From a virus, in IMG/VR virus record IMGVR_UViG_3300042876_000418, positions 1 to 64,000 of that record: a stretch of 64,000 nt of DNA; one strand, given 5' to 3'. The position numbers and the translations under genes were made by a program. Every line of letters begins with the position of its first letter. Position 1 is the stretch's first letter. Under the pieces are notes generated by a model that saw only the letters and a program-made list of their open reading frames with translations, searched no databases and was not told the DNA's origin. Below are positions 1 through 9,457 of this stretch, in pieces.

Positions 1-1
1 A

Positions 2-637
2 TACTGTAGCTCCGATAATCCAGACGTCGTAAGTCTTGTCTTTGATCGTCTTCTTGCCCTTGGTTGCCGTTCCATTAGTAATCGCGTCCTGGAATTGCCT
101 CCAGTATTCAGCCGGCTTGCCGTACTTTCCGGTCGTTTCGGCCTTCTCCACGGCGAAGGTCATTTCACTGATTGAGCCGTCTTTCGTTTTGAGTCCCGAT
201 TTATTGATCCCGGCGGGCAGTTCCGATTCGGGTACCCACCGGTAGCGGTACTTCGATTCCCATGAATTGCAACTACCCTCAGCCGATCCAATCAGGCGGT
301 CGCCCCGGTACAACTTGCACCGCTGCCGATAATAGAACAGAGGTTCGCCGTTATGATCCGCGCCGGTCCAATCCTCCACGATTGTGACGTCCTCAAACAC
401 TGGGGCCAACGCAAAGAAACTGGCGATTTTTTCAGCGCCCGCTTTGAACAGGGCCGGCTTCGCCCCGGTACCAGGGATCACGCCAAAATCAACGTCCCGG
501 ACCAGAATCTTGTGGATAAAATCCAACTTGATCTGGTAGGTCCCCAACATCGTCTCCAGGGACGCAGCGGGAGTCAAAAAGTCCCCACTATTTCTCAATA
601 CAATTGCATTCGGATTATCGCTCAAAGTTCCCTCCAT
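2..637 (-). CDS. Phage recombination / putative single-strand annealing protein (partial, runs off left edge)
   Basis: Not in ORF track. Manual translation gives ..DFGVIPGTGAKPALFKAGAEKIASFF..GSCNSWESKYRYRW.., a motif I recall from phage annealing-like proteins. GGAGGGAAC RBS before TTG at 625; in-frame ATG at 637. Confidence 0.6.
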   Translation of the reverse strand, partial: MEGTLSDNPNAIVLRNSGDFLTPAASLETMLGTYQIKLDFIHKILVRDVDFGVIPGTGAKPALFKAGAEKIASFFALAPVFEDVTIVEDWTGADHNGEPLFYYRQRCKLYRGDRLIGSAEGSCNSWESKYRYRWVPESELPAGINKSGLKTKDGSISEMTFAVEKAETTGKYGKPAEYWRQFQDAITNGTATKGKKTIKDKTYDVWIIGATV

Positions 638-680
638 TGGGATTGAAATTTGAGCGCCGCCCTCTCGGCGCTCAGTTGGG

Positions 681-989
681 TTACATCTCGCAGCGCAGTG
701 CCGCGTAGTCTCTCTCGATTCCGGCGTCATCAGTCTGTTTCAGGTATTCGGCGGGGTCGGCTTGCCATTCAGCCAGCGCGGCGGACAATTCCGCTTTCGC
801 GGCGTCCAGAGTGGCTTGGGCGTCGTTGAAAAGATCATTGCTCAGGCATCCGAACCGGTCAAAGAAGTCTTGGGCCTCATCCACTTTGCCCTGCAACCGT
901 TGGATACTGGCGGGTAATTCCACTTCGGCCTGGATAAGTTCGGCCCGGTCGTTGTAATCCTGCTCGGTAATCATCAAATTCGCTACCAT
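681..989 (-). CDS. Hypothetical coiled-coil protein
   Basis: ORF with GGAGGG RBS, followed by hairpin at ~651-674. Confidence 0.7.
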   Translation of the reverse strand: MVANLMITEQDYNDRAELIQAEVELPASIQRLQGKVDEAQDFFDRFGCLSNDLFNDAQATLDAAKAELSAALAEWQADPAEYLKQTDDAGIERDYAALRCEM

Positions 990-1063
990 CGTGTGCCCTC
1001 CGGCGTCCTAAGATGGTCTAATGATAGCACGAAACACAGTGTAAAACAAGGTTACATTTGTCA

Positions 1064-1456
1064 CTATTTTGCATCGTGTTTTTTCAGCTTGGCAAATTCG
1101 GCATCAAGAGCGCTGGTATCCACGTCAAACGTGAGTTTGAGTGAGAGAACAGAAGGGGAGTACACCGGATCGCCCCTCACGATCATGCCGGGCGCAACCA
1201 TTCCAATTACGCTTTCCCCTGGTTGGGAGTCTACGATCCTGCCATTGATAAACACCCCGGTACGATCCGATCCTGGTTTGGCGTAGTCAACGCCACCCCA
1301 GACGCCACCCCAGACGCCACCCCATCTGATAAGCCCGTAGCATTTTGAGCAGAGATAATACCGTCTTCGCCGGGGAGTCTTGCGAACAACAAAGAACGGA
1401 AATTTTCTATACCGCCCACACCGGGCGCACAATTTGAGTTTACTTTTCTTTGCCAA
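1064..1456 (-). CDS. Zn-finger hypothetical protein
   Basis: CxxC...RRRRYYLCxxC; GGAG RBS before TTG 1456. Confidence 0.55.
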   Translation of the reverse strand: MAKKSKLKLCARCGRYRKFPFFVVRKTPRRRRYYLCSKCYGLIRWGGVWGGVWGGVDYAKPGSDRTGVFINGRIVDSQPGESVIGMVAPGMIVRGDPVYSPSVLSLKLTFDVDTSALDAEFAKLKKHDAK

Positions 1457-1484
1457 GGTGGCTCTCCGTATCGCGCGAAAATTG

Positions 1485-1721
1485 TTAAAATAATTTAGCA
1501 GGAACGCCGAACGCCTGAACAATCGCATCGGACACACGGCGAATCGACTCCGAAAACTCAGCGATTACGCTAAACAGTTTGGCGGTATCCAGGCCACAAA
1601 AACACGATCCGCACAGGTAGTATCTCCGCCGTCTTGACGTTTTCATGGTAAGAGTCACCGTGGATCGCCGGCCACAATGGGCGCATAATCTGAGGGGCGC
1701 GGGGTGGGCGTGATGGGTCAT
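1485..1721 (-). CDS. Zn-finger hypothetical protein, paralog of 1064-1456
   Basis: LCAHCGRR..KTSRRRRYYLCGSC. Confidence 0.6.
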   Translation of the reverse strand: MTHHAHPAPLRLCAHCGRRSTVTLTMKTSRRRRYYLCGSCFCGLDTAKLFSVIAEFSESIRRVSDAIVQAFGVPAKLF

Positions 1722-2072
1722 TTATATCTTTCCTTTCTCGATATCGTCCTCAATCTCTAAAATCAGTTTCGAGATTTTGAAACGATAGATAGATATCGGA
1801 GCGCCACGAAGCAAAATGTCAAGCTCCTGGATTGTCGCTTCATTGTGCGGCGCTTCGGTCTTGGCATAGGCCAGGTATGCCAGTAATTCGGACTTAGCTT
1901 GAGCGGCCTTCACTTCTTCGCCTTCACAGACATTGCAGATCGCTTTCACCGCCGGGCGAAATTCACCGGGTAGATAGGCGCGCGCACACGCCGGGCAAAC
2001 GGTATCACGTTCTGGTCTGTGCGTTGAGTCGAGATTTATTTTATCCAGGAGCGGGGTAGCGGGCTTTGTCAT
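1722..2072 (-). CDS. Hypothetical protein with two CxxC pairs
   Basis: ORF tightly packed in operon. Confidence 0.65.
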   Translation of the reverse strand: MTKPATPLLDKINLDSTHRPERDTVCPACARAYLPGEFRPAVKAICNVCEGEEVKAAQAKSELLAYLAYAKTEAPHNEATIQELDILLRGAPISIYRFKISKLILEIEDDIEKGKI

Positions 2073-2716
2073 TGTCCATCCCCATTCTTTGCGTTCTTTT
2101 CCACGAGCAACGCGGCCTCATTCAGCGCATCATTTAGGTCCCAGAATACAGCCAGATCGAAAGCGGTTCTGATTCCCGCTTTTTCAAGAGACGCAAGCAA
2201 CCGGGCAATAGCCTGCTCCAATCGTGTAACCTTACGATGAAGTTTTGAATTTGCATCGGTCACGGCCATCCTTTGAAACAACTGATTGAGAAACGGCTCG
2301 TTCGATTCAAGTAACCCCGTTTCAAGTTCCTTGATTCGCGCGGTCAATGCGTCCTCGCTTACCAGCAATCCGCGCAGCCGCTTGATCTCATCCAGCAGAA
2401 ACGGGATATCCTCACGGGAATGGGCGATAAAATAACCATTGTTTGCAGATCCGATATCATCAACGATAGCACCGCGTTCGCTCTCGATATAATATCCATC
2501 ATCAAAAGATAACTCCCACGGGCCTTGTTCGGCCTCATTCGCCCGCGCTTCAATCTCAGCCAGGCGGGAGTCGATGTCACCTGGCGCGGGAGTCCGGGTG
2601 ACGCAGCGCAAATACGCGCACGCGGCAAGTAAATCTTTATCGAATCCGGGAGCCTGAGATACATAGCCCTCCAGGATTGTCAATGCCGCTTCAGCAGAAT
2701 TAATTTGTATAGTCAT
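2069..2716 (-). CDS. Ead/Ea22-like phage protein
   Basis: RLAEIEARA..GPW...FIAHSREDIPFLLDEIKRLR motif. Confidence 0.6.
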   Translation of the reverse strand: MTIQINSAEAALTILEGYVSQAPGFDKDLLAACAYLRCVTRTPAPGDIDSRLAEIEARANEAEQGPWELSFDDGYYIESERGAIVDDIGSANNGYFIAHSREDIPFLLDEIKRLRGLLVSEDALTARIKELETGLLESNEPFLNQLFQRMAVTDANSKLHRKVTRLEQAIARLLASLEKAGIRTAFDLAVFWDLNDALNEAALLVEKNAKNGDGQ

Positions 2717-2724
2717 TAGTTCTC

Positions 2725-4347
2725 CTATTCCAACATCCCTTTGATTAGCGCCTTCGCCGTTTGCACGGGCACAGCATTACCAATTTGCTTGACCTTATCC
2801 CCGCGATTCCCGGCGAATTTGTAACTTGACGGGAAACTCATAGCCGCGCTCAATTCGTGGGGCTGAAGCATACGGAAACGGATATCCACGAGCACCTTAT
2901 CGCCGTTGATCATGGGTAGTACCAAGCCGAAACGGTCGTGAGTCGAAATGGTATCAAGTGGATCGTCAAGGTTTAGAGGCCCGCCAGTGCTATTGTATTT
3001 AACTAAGTAGGGTTCACATATTGCCCATGCGTCTACCCCGGTCACAGTCGGAAACGGTTGGTCTACGGAATGGGACCGATTCGGGGCGTCACCATGATTA
3101 CAGGCCACGATATAAGGCTCTGCCAGGTAAAGGTGCTGAGATTGGGCCGTAACCGTGGGCAGTGGTTCATCTACGCTACCGGCATTCGATTTACCGTAGT
3201 AACTCACGATGTACGGATCCGCAAGGAACAAATGATTTCCGGTTGCGGTAACAGTTGGGAGGGGTTGATCAATATCACTACCCACATTCGTATTGTACAA
3301 CTTGACAATATACGATTCAACCAGTCCGAATCGATTGGAGGTGTCCACGGTCGGAAGCGGAGCGTCAACCGAATTGACGCGCTCTGCACCTGCCTTGTCG
3401 CTGTGATAGACAACTAGAAACGGCTCAATAACCGAGATAGCGCCAGCGCCGGCCACGGTTGGGAGGGGATCGCTTACCGATCTTGGGGCCGCGCCCGACT
3501 GCTGCCCGATCACGAAAGGCAGACCGCTGTATTTCATCAGGCCCTTCATAATCCGGCGCATGGTGTTGGGCTTCAATGGGTGTTTGCGTCCAAAGATACT
3601 TTCGCCCTTGAGCGTCCAGTCGATGATATCCCGCGCCGGCTTCCAGTGTTTTGAGGGGGTGAACATCCCGACTCCGGGCGTTTTGGCGTGGGTGGGTTCC
3701 GGCCAAACTGGACGCCGGCCTAATGTCGCCATGATGAACAAGCGGGCGCGAGTCGTGGGGTCCCCATAATCAGCGCAGGTAATCACGCGATGGGAAACGT
3801 TATAACCCAACGACTCAAGCGCACCTATGAAAGCTAGGTACGTTTTGCCTTTCATCTCAGGGATGGGCTTCAGGTAGCGACACTTCTTTGTGTGTAGTTT
3901 GATATCAGCGTCAATCCCCGCGCCACAATCACAATCCTGATAAATGGGTCCCCAATCAAGTAACTCCCGGACATTCTCAATCAGGATATTCTTGATATGC
4001 AGCGTCTCTGCCCATCTCACGATCTGCCAGGCTGAGGACCGGCGTTGGTCATTGATTGGCTTGCCGCCACGGGCCTTCGAGTGCCACAAACATTCAGGAC
4101 TCGCTACAAGTAAATCCAACCGCCCACCCGGAACAACTTCTAGCGGCTGTACAGCATCGACATTCTGGCATAAATGCCGCGCCCACGGGTGATTGGCGGT
4201 ATGGGATTGAATCGCAAGCGGCCAATGGTTGATGACAACGAGGTCAATCTCATCCTCTTTATAGCCCAACTCTTTGAGCGCGGCAATCATCGCCGTACTA
4301 AATCCCCCGGCTCCGCAGAAATGGTCAGCACCACGAAACTTGATCAT
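2725..4347 (-). CDS. DNA (cytosine-5)-methyltransferase with internal repeats
   Basis: FCGAGG (motif I), SPEC (IV), ENV (VI), R-x-R (VIII), QIGNAV (X). Confidence 0.93.
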   Translation of the reverse strand: MIKFRGADHFCGAGGFSTAMIAALKELGYKEDEIDLVVINHWPLAIQSHTANHPWARHLCQNVDAVQPLEVVPGGRLDLLVASPECLWHSKARGGKPINDQRRSSAWQIVRWAETLHIKNILIENVRELLDWGPIYQDCDCGAGIDADIKLHTKKCRYLKPIPEMKGKTYLAFIGALESLGYNVSHRVITCADYGDPTTRARLFIMATLGRRPVWPEPTHAKTPGVGMFTPSKHWKPARDIIDWTLKGESIFGRKHPLKPNTMRRIMKGLMKYSGLPFVIGQQSGAAPRSVSDPLPTVAGAGAISVIEPFLVVYHSDKAGAERVNSVDAPLPTVDTSNRFGLVESYIVKLYNTNVGSDIDQPLPTVTATGNHLFLADPYIVSYYGKSNAGSVDEPLPTVTAQSQHLYLAEPYIVACNHGDAPNRSHSVDQPFPTVTGVDAWAICEPYLVKYNSTGGPLNLDDPLDTISTHDRFGLVLPMINGDKVLVDIRFRMLQPHELSAAMSFPSSYKFAGNRGDKVKQIGNAVPVQTAKALIKGMLE

Positions 4348-5477
4348 TTGCCCCGCTCCTGGAAGTAATCCCGCGCGATGTTTTTGGGCATCTTATCGCG
4401 GTTGAGTTCCATCGGCATTACCACGACCTGCCGCCCATTCCCGCTCACCAAAAACGGGCCGTTGATGTCGTTCTTGTTGGTGCCGATCTTGACGAATTCA
4501 CGCCCTGAGCAGTGTTCAACGGCACGGCTGAGATAACGCAGGTAGCACGACACGAGAAAGACGTTCTTTGGATACCCACACTCCAGGGATACCACCGGCT
4601 CCATGTGATCCACCCAAACTTCAAAATAGCCATCATTGGTGACGATCCAACATTGACCGTTATCGACAACCGTGCTGGTGCTGTAACTCGGGATCGTCAC
4701 TTCGTGCGCGAATTGGCTGGAAATAAATTCGCGCCACGCGGGATATTTGTCATAGGTCCTGTCAGCCAGGGTGATTCCGTCCGCCTTGACTTCGATAATC
4801 CGGTCATGATTCTTTGTTGCGTTTTCCTGCATAACCCGGATCGCAGCGCCGCCCACAGGGCCAAATTTGTCCAGGGCGTCGATCACCGAATGGGGCACCA
4901 GGAAGCCACGGTCACAGGCCCCAGCGCCACTATAAGCGATGCTATAGCCGTCAGTGACAACCATGTTGACCACGCCGTCTTTCTCTTCCAGTCGGACGCC
5001 GGACATTGACGGGCGGGCCTCTTCATCCTCACAAAACTGATTGTAGGCAATCAGATCCCGGATGAAGGTAGCGTCCACTTTCATCTCCCAGATTGGAGCG
5101 TCGAATAAGGACCAATTGAACCCGGACGGGATTTCCATTTTAACCGTTTTGGCGTAAGCACCGCAATGGATAGACACCTTATCGAGCGAGTCTAACGTCT
5201 CTACAGTGACGCGGGCATGAGTCCCGCGAATCCCCTTCAATCCATCGCGGAATTTAGGCAGGCTGACGTAAAATTCAGCCGCGTCAATCTCGCAGGTAGA
5301 TTCGAGGTCAACGGACGCGAGAATTCCGCGTGCCGTGGTGATCGAGATAGTCCCAACCCACGAGCTAAACTTGACAATCCGATCTCCCCTGATACCCTGG
5401 GCAAAGAACAGGGCCAGGATATAATCGCAGGCTTTACGCAGTGCGCCGATCTCAGTTTGAAATTTCATCTTCTTCAC
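4344..5477 (-). CDS. dnaN: DNA polymerase III beta sliding clamp-like protein
   Basis: ~375 aa; RPSMSGV..VVTDGY, KYPAW and VVVMPM motifs typical of beta clamps. Confidence 0.7.
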   Translation of the reverse strand: MKKMKFQTEIGALRKACDYILALFFAQGIRGDRIVKFSSWVGTISITTARGILASVDLESTCEIDAAEFYVSLPKFRDGLKGIRGTHARVTVETLDSLDKVSIHCGAYAKTVKMEIPSGFNWSLFDAPIWEMKVDATFIRDLIAYNQFCEDEEARPSMSGVRLEEKDGVVNMVVTDGYSIAYSGAGACDRGFLVPHSVIDALDKFGPVGGAAIRVMQENATKNHDRIIEVKADGITLADRTYDKYPAWREFISSQFAHEVTIPSYSTSTVVDNGQCWIVTNDGYFEVWVDHMEPVVSLECGYPKNVFLVSCYLRYLSRAVEHCSGREFVKIGTNKNDINGPFLVSGNGRQVVVMPMELNRDKMPKNIARDYFQERGK

Positions 5478-5676
5478 CTTCTACCGGCATTGAAGCTACG
5501 AATGAAGTCCAGGCTTCCAGCCAGTCGCCAAACCGCCAGCCATTATCCCGGCTGTATTCGACAAATTTGACGCGCAAAGCGTCGATCTCAGCGTCACAGA
5601 TCGCGCCGTCAACAAAGCGCTTGAATTCGGACACTTTCATCTTCTTGACTTGTTCGTAAATCTGATTGTTGCTCAT
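5452..5676 (-). CDS. Hypothetical protein
   Basis: GGAGGG RBS; upstream promoter. Confidence 0.65.
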   Translation of the reverse strand: MSNNQIYEQVKKMKVSEFKRFVDGAICDAEIDALRVKFVEYSRDNGWRFGDWLEAWTSFVASMPVEGEEDEISN

Positions 5677-5711
5677 GCGTCCCTCCGAACGTGAAATGTA
5701 TTACGCTTTGA

Positions 5712-5740
5712 ATTATAGTGTGATACGAGGGAAAAGTCAA
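5712..5740 (-). promoter_or_regulatory. Sigma70-type promoter
   Basis: TTGACT-N17-TATAAT. Confidence 0.75.
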
Positions 5741-5744
5741 TAGA

Positions 5745-5848
5745 CAAAAAGCAACCAGCCGGGGAGGGGCCGGCTGGTCGTTAAGCGATTGGGCAATGTC
5801 GGGCCGTCACGCTTCACATAGGATAGCATATTACAATGTAGATGTCAA
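5745..5848 (-). ncRNA. Candidate small RNA unit (promoter, ~65 nt, terminator with CCCCUCC loop)
   Basis: TTGACA-N17-TATCCT at 5848-5820; stem ACCAGCCGG/CCGGCTGGT followed by T-tract. Confidence 0.45.
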
Positions 5849-6651
5849 GCGTTTTCAAACAACGAATCTTGAGTTGGGGCCGGGGCGGGGGAATCGTATT
5901 GGAACAGGGCGGGATGAGATAGGGCAGTCTTGATCCGCGCTTGCATGATATCGAAATTCGCGGGGTCCTTCTCAATCAGAATGCAATTGCGCCCGGTTTT
6001 GATTGCAGCCTCACCCGTGGTACCCGATCCAGCACTAATATCCAAGACAATATCACCGGGGTTAGTATACGTGAGGATCAAATATTCGTACAATTCGACT
6101 GGCTTCTGATTAGGGTGTAATCCGCGTTCATCGTTATTCGCTGTATTGATTTTCAAAATACTTTGCGGATATGTCATATTCAACGGGATACCGCGCGGGG
6201 CACTTTCTTTGTACGCCCCATAATTATCAGATGCAGCGCGGCGGCTTACGGGGCGAATATTTTCTTTGGGCTTGCGTCTAATTTGTGGATTATATTGATT
6301 GCTACCCTCTGCAAAAACAAGGACGTTTTCATGTTTTCGCATTGGCCTATTTTCAGCGTCTAAATGTCCCGTTGCACGATCCTTTTCCCATATCCATTCG
6401 TATTTGAACCACTCCGGGTTACTCATTACCAGGGCACTTGTGAACGGTTGGCTTGCAGTCGTAACAAATACCCCCCCCGGTTTCAATATCCGCTTTACCA
6501 TAGCCCACATGGGCACAAACGGGATAACCGAATCAAATGCACATTGCGTAACTCCATAAGGCAAATCGGTTATGATGGAATCTATAGACTTGTCCAGTAT
6601 CGACTCGGACACTTCCAGGCAATCGCCCAACAGGCAAGTAACATTAGCCAC
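5845..6651 (-). CDS. DNA N4/N6 methyltransferase (beta class)
   Basis: TDLPY, HPNQKP, VLDISAGSGTT. Confidence 0.93.
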   Translation of the reverse strand: MANVTCLLGDCLEVSESILDKSIDSIITDLPYGVTQCAFDSVIPFVPMWAMVKRILKPGGVFVTTASQPFTSALVMSNPEWFKYEWIWEKDRATGHLDAENRPMRKHENVLVFAEGSNQYNPQIRRKPKENIRPVSRRAASDNYGAYKESAPRGIPLNMTYPQSILKINTANNDERGLHPNQKPVELYEYLILTYTNPGDIVLDISAGSGTTGEAAIKTGRNCILIEKDPANFDIMQARIKTALSHPALFQYDSPAPAPTQDSLFENA

Positions 6652-7066
6652 GACTCACCCGCCTTTTGTTGAGCATCAGCGCGTCACAAATGATATGCCC
6701 TATATCGCCCACGCCCAACCCAACGAGTGCCCATACCAGAACGTCAGGCGAAACGATAGGCAGGCCAGCCAGTCCGGCGATGATGAAATATAGGCCGTAG
6801 AGGTAGGCGAATCGCGCCAGGGTGCCGATAATCGGGCCATGACTGAGCAGGGAGCGGTGGGGGATGAAAGCACGGTAAGGCCACCACAGCACCCGCCAGG
6901 GGAGGAATGAGGCAACCATATCCAAATCCGGGTTGACTGCCAGACAAGCCAGACAACCGGCGGCGGATTCGATACCGGGGGCCAGACCGAATTGAGACCC
7001 GACCACGATTCCCGTGGGAATCACCAGGGCCAGGGTGACGGCGGCGTGTGTGCTACCCCCCGGCAT
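6644..7066 (-). CDS. DUF2227-like metal-binding membrane protein
   Basis: MPGGSTH..PDLD..WWPY..HRSLLSHGPIIGT..HIICD. Confidence 0.75.
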   Translation of the reverse strand: MPGGSTHAAVTLALVIPTGIVVGSQFGLAPGIESAAGCLACLAVNPDLDMVASFLPWRVLWWPYRAFIPHRSLLSHGPIIGTLARFAYLYGLYFIIAGLAGLPIVSPDVLVWALVGLGVGDIGHIICDALMLNKRRVSRG

Positions 7067-7424
7067 TGGTATGCTCCAACAGGTACCACGCCAGGATTAC
7101 CGCTTTACATACCGCGCGGGCGGGGTGGGCGTCGTGAAATGCTAACGTCGGCTCTTCGTTGAATGCCACCTCGGAGTCGTTGATCGTGTCGGTTGTCAGG
7201 TCAACACAGCACCACCCGCCATTATTCACGGGTACCAGGGCCAGTCCGAACGCCTCCATAAACGGGGTGAGTAAATTCAGGTCGGTTTCGTAGGGCGGTA
7301 TGGTAGATAAATCTATTTTGGAATCAGGGGATAGATTTATAAGATTCACGTTAGCCATACCCAACCGAAGCCCAAAATCGTCAAGGCTAGTTAGTTTATG
7401 TACAAATTCGTCAAGTTTGCTCAC
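7053..7424 (-). CDS. Hypothetical (phage ABA-sandwich-like) protein
   Basis: IPPYETDLN...PARAVCKA. Confidence 0.5.
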   Translation of the reverse strand: MSKLDEFVHKLTSLDDFGLRLGMANVNLINLSPDSKIDLSTIPPYETDLNLLTPFMEAFGLALVPVNNGGWCCVDLTTDTINDSEVAFNEEPTLAFHDAHPARAVCKAVILAWYLLEHTNAGG

Positions 7425-8107
7425 TGTTTATTCTCCTTTAACTCTGATTCACTCAGGTACCCAATCGACACAAGCGCCACCTTGTACAGGTATTCGTTTT
7501 TCCACTTTGCCGGCTTCGGACCGCTTGCTTCGTCCGCGTAACCGTTCGCAGTGAAATAGGCCGTCATGATCTGGGCATTGCGCCGGGCGTCGGTACCCTC
7601 GTTCCAACTTCCAACCGGGGTTAGGTAGGGATACTTGCCCAATTCGATGAACTGGGTAACGAACTCCCAGATCACGTCCCCATTTACGTCATCATTGATC
7701 GAGGGGAAATGTACGATATGGGCCGGGCCGTGATTGTCACCCGGAATTACCCCTAATGTCGCACGGTAGCGCCCCATAGCGGCGATATGCTCAGTGTCCA
7801 TCGACTTCAATTCGATCAACACGCGCCGGCGACTCTCGTTCAATTCGTATTCGCCGTTGATCCAGGCATAGGTGAAATCTCGCAAACGGATAACTAACTT
7901 GTACGCCAGCCAGTCGAACAGGTAGAACGCCGCGATTCCAACAAACACATAGAACAAAAAACTAATTCCGCCGGCCAGCCACTTATCGCCCGCCTCAATC
8001 GAACGTTCCCCGAGCACATAACAGATCGCCCCGGCAATCGAACAGATGATAACCGGGGATAGGCCAGGGGCACTGGAATTATGACGGCGGGGAGTCTCTC
8101 GGATCAT
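7421..8107 (-). CDS. Membrane protein (2 N-terminal TM helices)
   Basis: Two hydrophobic stretches; coupled ORF. Confidence 0.65.
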   Translation of the reverse strand: MIRETPRRHNSSAPGLSPVIICSIAGAICYVLGERSIEAGDKWLAGGISFLFYVFVGIAAFYLFDWLAYKLVIRLRDFTYAWINGEYELNESRRRVLIELKSMDTEHIAAMGRYRATLGVIPGDNHGPAHIVHFPSINDDVNGDVIWEFVTQFIELGKYPYLTPVGSWNEGTDARRNAQIMTAYFTANGYADEASGPKPAKWKNEYLYKVALVSIGYLSESELKENKQ

Positions 8108-8122
8108 GCTTTACCTTCAATC

Positions 8123-8908
8123 TCAATCATAAAATGCTTCAATGGAATCGGTTATCGTTCGTAGCCGGGTTGCGATTTGCGCCAATTCACCAGCTAACCA
8201 AGTCATCTGTTTGTCGCCCCGAAACTCTGCTACACGGGCATTCAGGCGGGCCAGGGCGTCGGGCACATCGACAACGGTATCCCGCACCTCTTCCAACATC
8301 CGGCGCTTACGGGTGGCCGCGGTGACTTCCGGGTTTAGGTCCGCTTCGGGGTGGGGGGAGTCGTAACTCGGATTGTACCTTTCCTCATCCGATTCCGGTT
8401 GGGTGGGTTGGGGAGGGAGATTGTCAATCACACGTTCATCCCGGTCAGGCAGACGCGGGGTGGGGTTCGTAGCGCCGATCTGCCCGGTTATCTGGAGGTG
8501 CTCTAACTTTTCAACCGACAACAAGCGGCCCGTCTGGGCGAAATGATCTAAGCTCGATTCCAATAACGCCCGCCAGGCTGGATTACCTTTCGCGTCGAAT
8601 TGGTTCTGGTACCCAAGCGCGAAAACCAGATGTGAGTGGGGTAACACCTCATACCGCTCACGCTCAGCGGGCGGATAGAACGCGGCGGCGGCGGCATGGG
8701 CGCGTACCGTGCGCACCGATAAGCCGACTACCTCAGCTACAAACAGGTAGACGGGGCCGATCATCGCGCCTGAGTCGCGGGATAGCTCAGATTGAAATAT
8801 CTCGTTGGTGATATCCCCAACCTGCCAGGCCGTGCGCGTGATCGTATCGCGCAAGTGGAGAAGGCGGTTTTGGGTGGATTCGGGCAATTGGGCGAGAGTC
8901 GTGATCAT
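8123..8908 (-). CDS. Putative HTH DNA-binding protein
   Basis: WQVGD...VAEVVGLSVRTVR..FYPP..LPHSH; ATG 8908 overlaps the uORF stop. Confidence 0.6.
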   Translation of the reverse strand: MITTLAQLPESTQNRLLHLRDTITRTAWQVGDITNEIFQSELSRDSGAMIGPVYLFVAEVVGLSVRTVRAHAAAAAFYPPAERERYEVLPHSHLVFALGYQNQFDAKGNPAWRALLESSLDHFAQTGRLLSVEKLEHLQITGQIGATNPTPRLPDRDERVIDNLPPQPTQPESDEERYNPSYDSPHPEADLNPEVTAATRKRRMLEEVRDTVVDVPDALARLNARVAEFRGDKQMTWLAGELAQIATRLRTITDSIEAFYD

Positions 8909-8940
8909 AACGACTCCCATTGGCAAAAGGTTTTACGCAT
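8905..8940 (-). CDS. 11-aa leader peptide (MRKTFCQWESL)
   Basis: Strong GGAGGGAACAACG-ATG RBS; TGA overlaps the next ATG (ATGA). Confidence 0.45.
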   Translation of the reverse strand: MRKTFCQWESL

Positions 8941-8963
8941 CGTTGTTCCCTCCGATATTACAC

Positions 8964-8978
8964 TGTCAATTTGTGACA
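8964..8978. promoter_or_regulatory. 15-bp motif TGTC(A/C)ATTT(A/G)TGACA, copy 1 of 5
   Basis: Other copies at 20481, 30657, 45642 and 57631. Confidence 0.7.
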
Positions 8979-9025
8979 TTGTAACACACTAGAGAACAAC
9001 ATTCAACCCCATTGACGAATTGTGT

Positions 9026-9093
9026 TATACTAAGTCTACCCATCGTTCGTGTTCCTAAGAATCCGCCGGCTGATTAATCAGCCGGCGGAATTC
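9026..9093 (+). ncRNA. Candidate small RNA complementary to AACGAUG start contexts; long palindromic hairpin
   Basis: Extended -10 TGtTATACT; CCCATCGTTCGTGTTCC; hairpin TCCGCCGGCTGATTAATCAGCCGGCGGA. Confidence 0.4.
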
Positions 9094-9099
9094 GTTGTC

Positions 9100-9456
9100 C
9101 TATCCCTTTATCATTTCCCGGATTCTGACCGCCATCTCAGCGGCATACCCGCCGATGTTATTCATGGATGATCGCTCCGCCCCGCCAGGCAACTTGACGG
9201 ATTCAAGGCACGCGGCAAGCGCAGGAAGGGAATCGGCCACGATGGAGTCATAAACGTGCTGGAGTGTAGCGCCGAATTTCTCCACAAACCAAGCGTCATG
9301 CCCGCCCAAAATAAATAGCGGCATTGCGGTTGACCCGTCCTCGGAGCGCAGGCCATACTTACCTTCTCCCAACAAGATACAGGCCAGCGCGGCGATTCGC
9401 AGATCGTCCGCTTGCATCGTGTAGGGGTCACTTGGATTTACGATTTCAAATTTCAT
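9100..9456 (-). CDS. Hypothetical phage protein
   Basis: ORF MKFEIVNPSDPY. Confidence 0.7.
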   Translation of the reverse strand: MKFEIVNPSDPYTMQADDLRIAALACILLGEGKYGLRSEDGSTAMPLFILGGHDAWFVEKFGATLQHVYDSIVADSLPALAACLESVKLPGGAERSSMNNIGGYAAEMAVRIREMIKG

Positions 9457-9457
9457 A

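Noticed and set aside
353-646. Many overlapping or antisense ORFs in the track (e.g. 353-646, 4512-5009, 11799-12272, 52331-52873, 63528-63965)
   Set aside because: Shadow frames of well-supported genes, with no RBS or motifs
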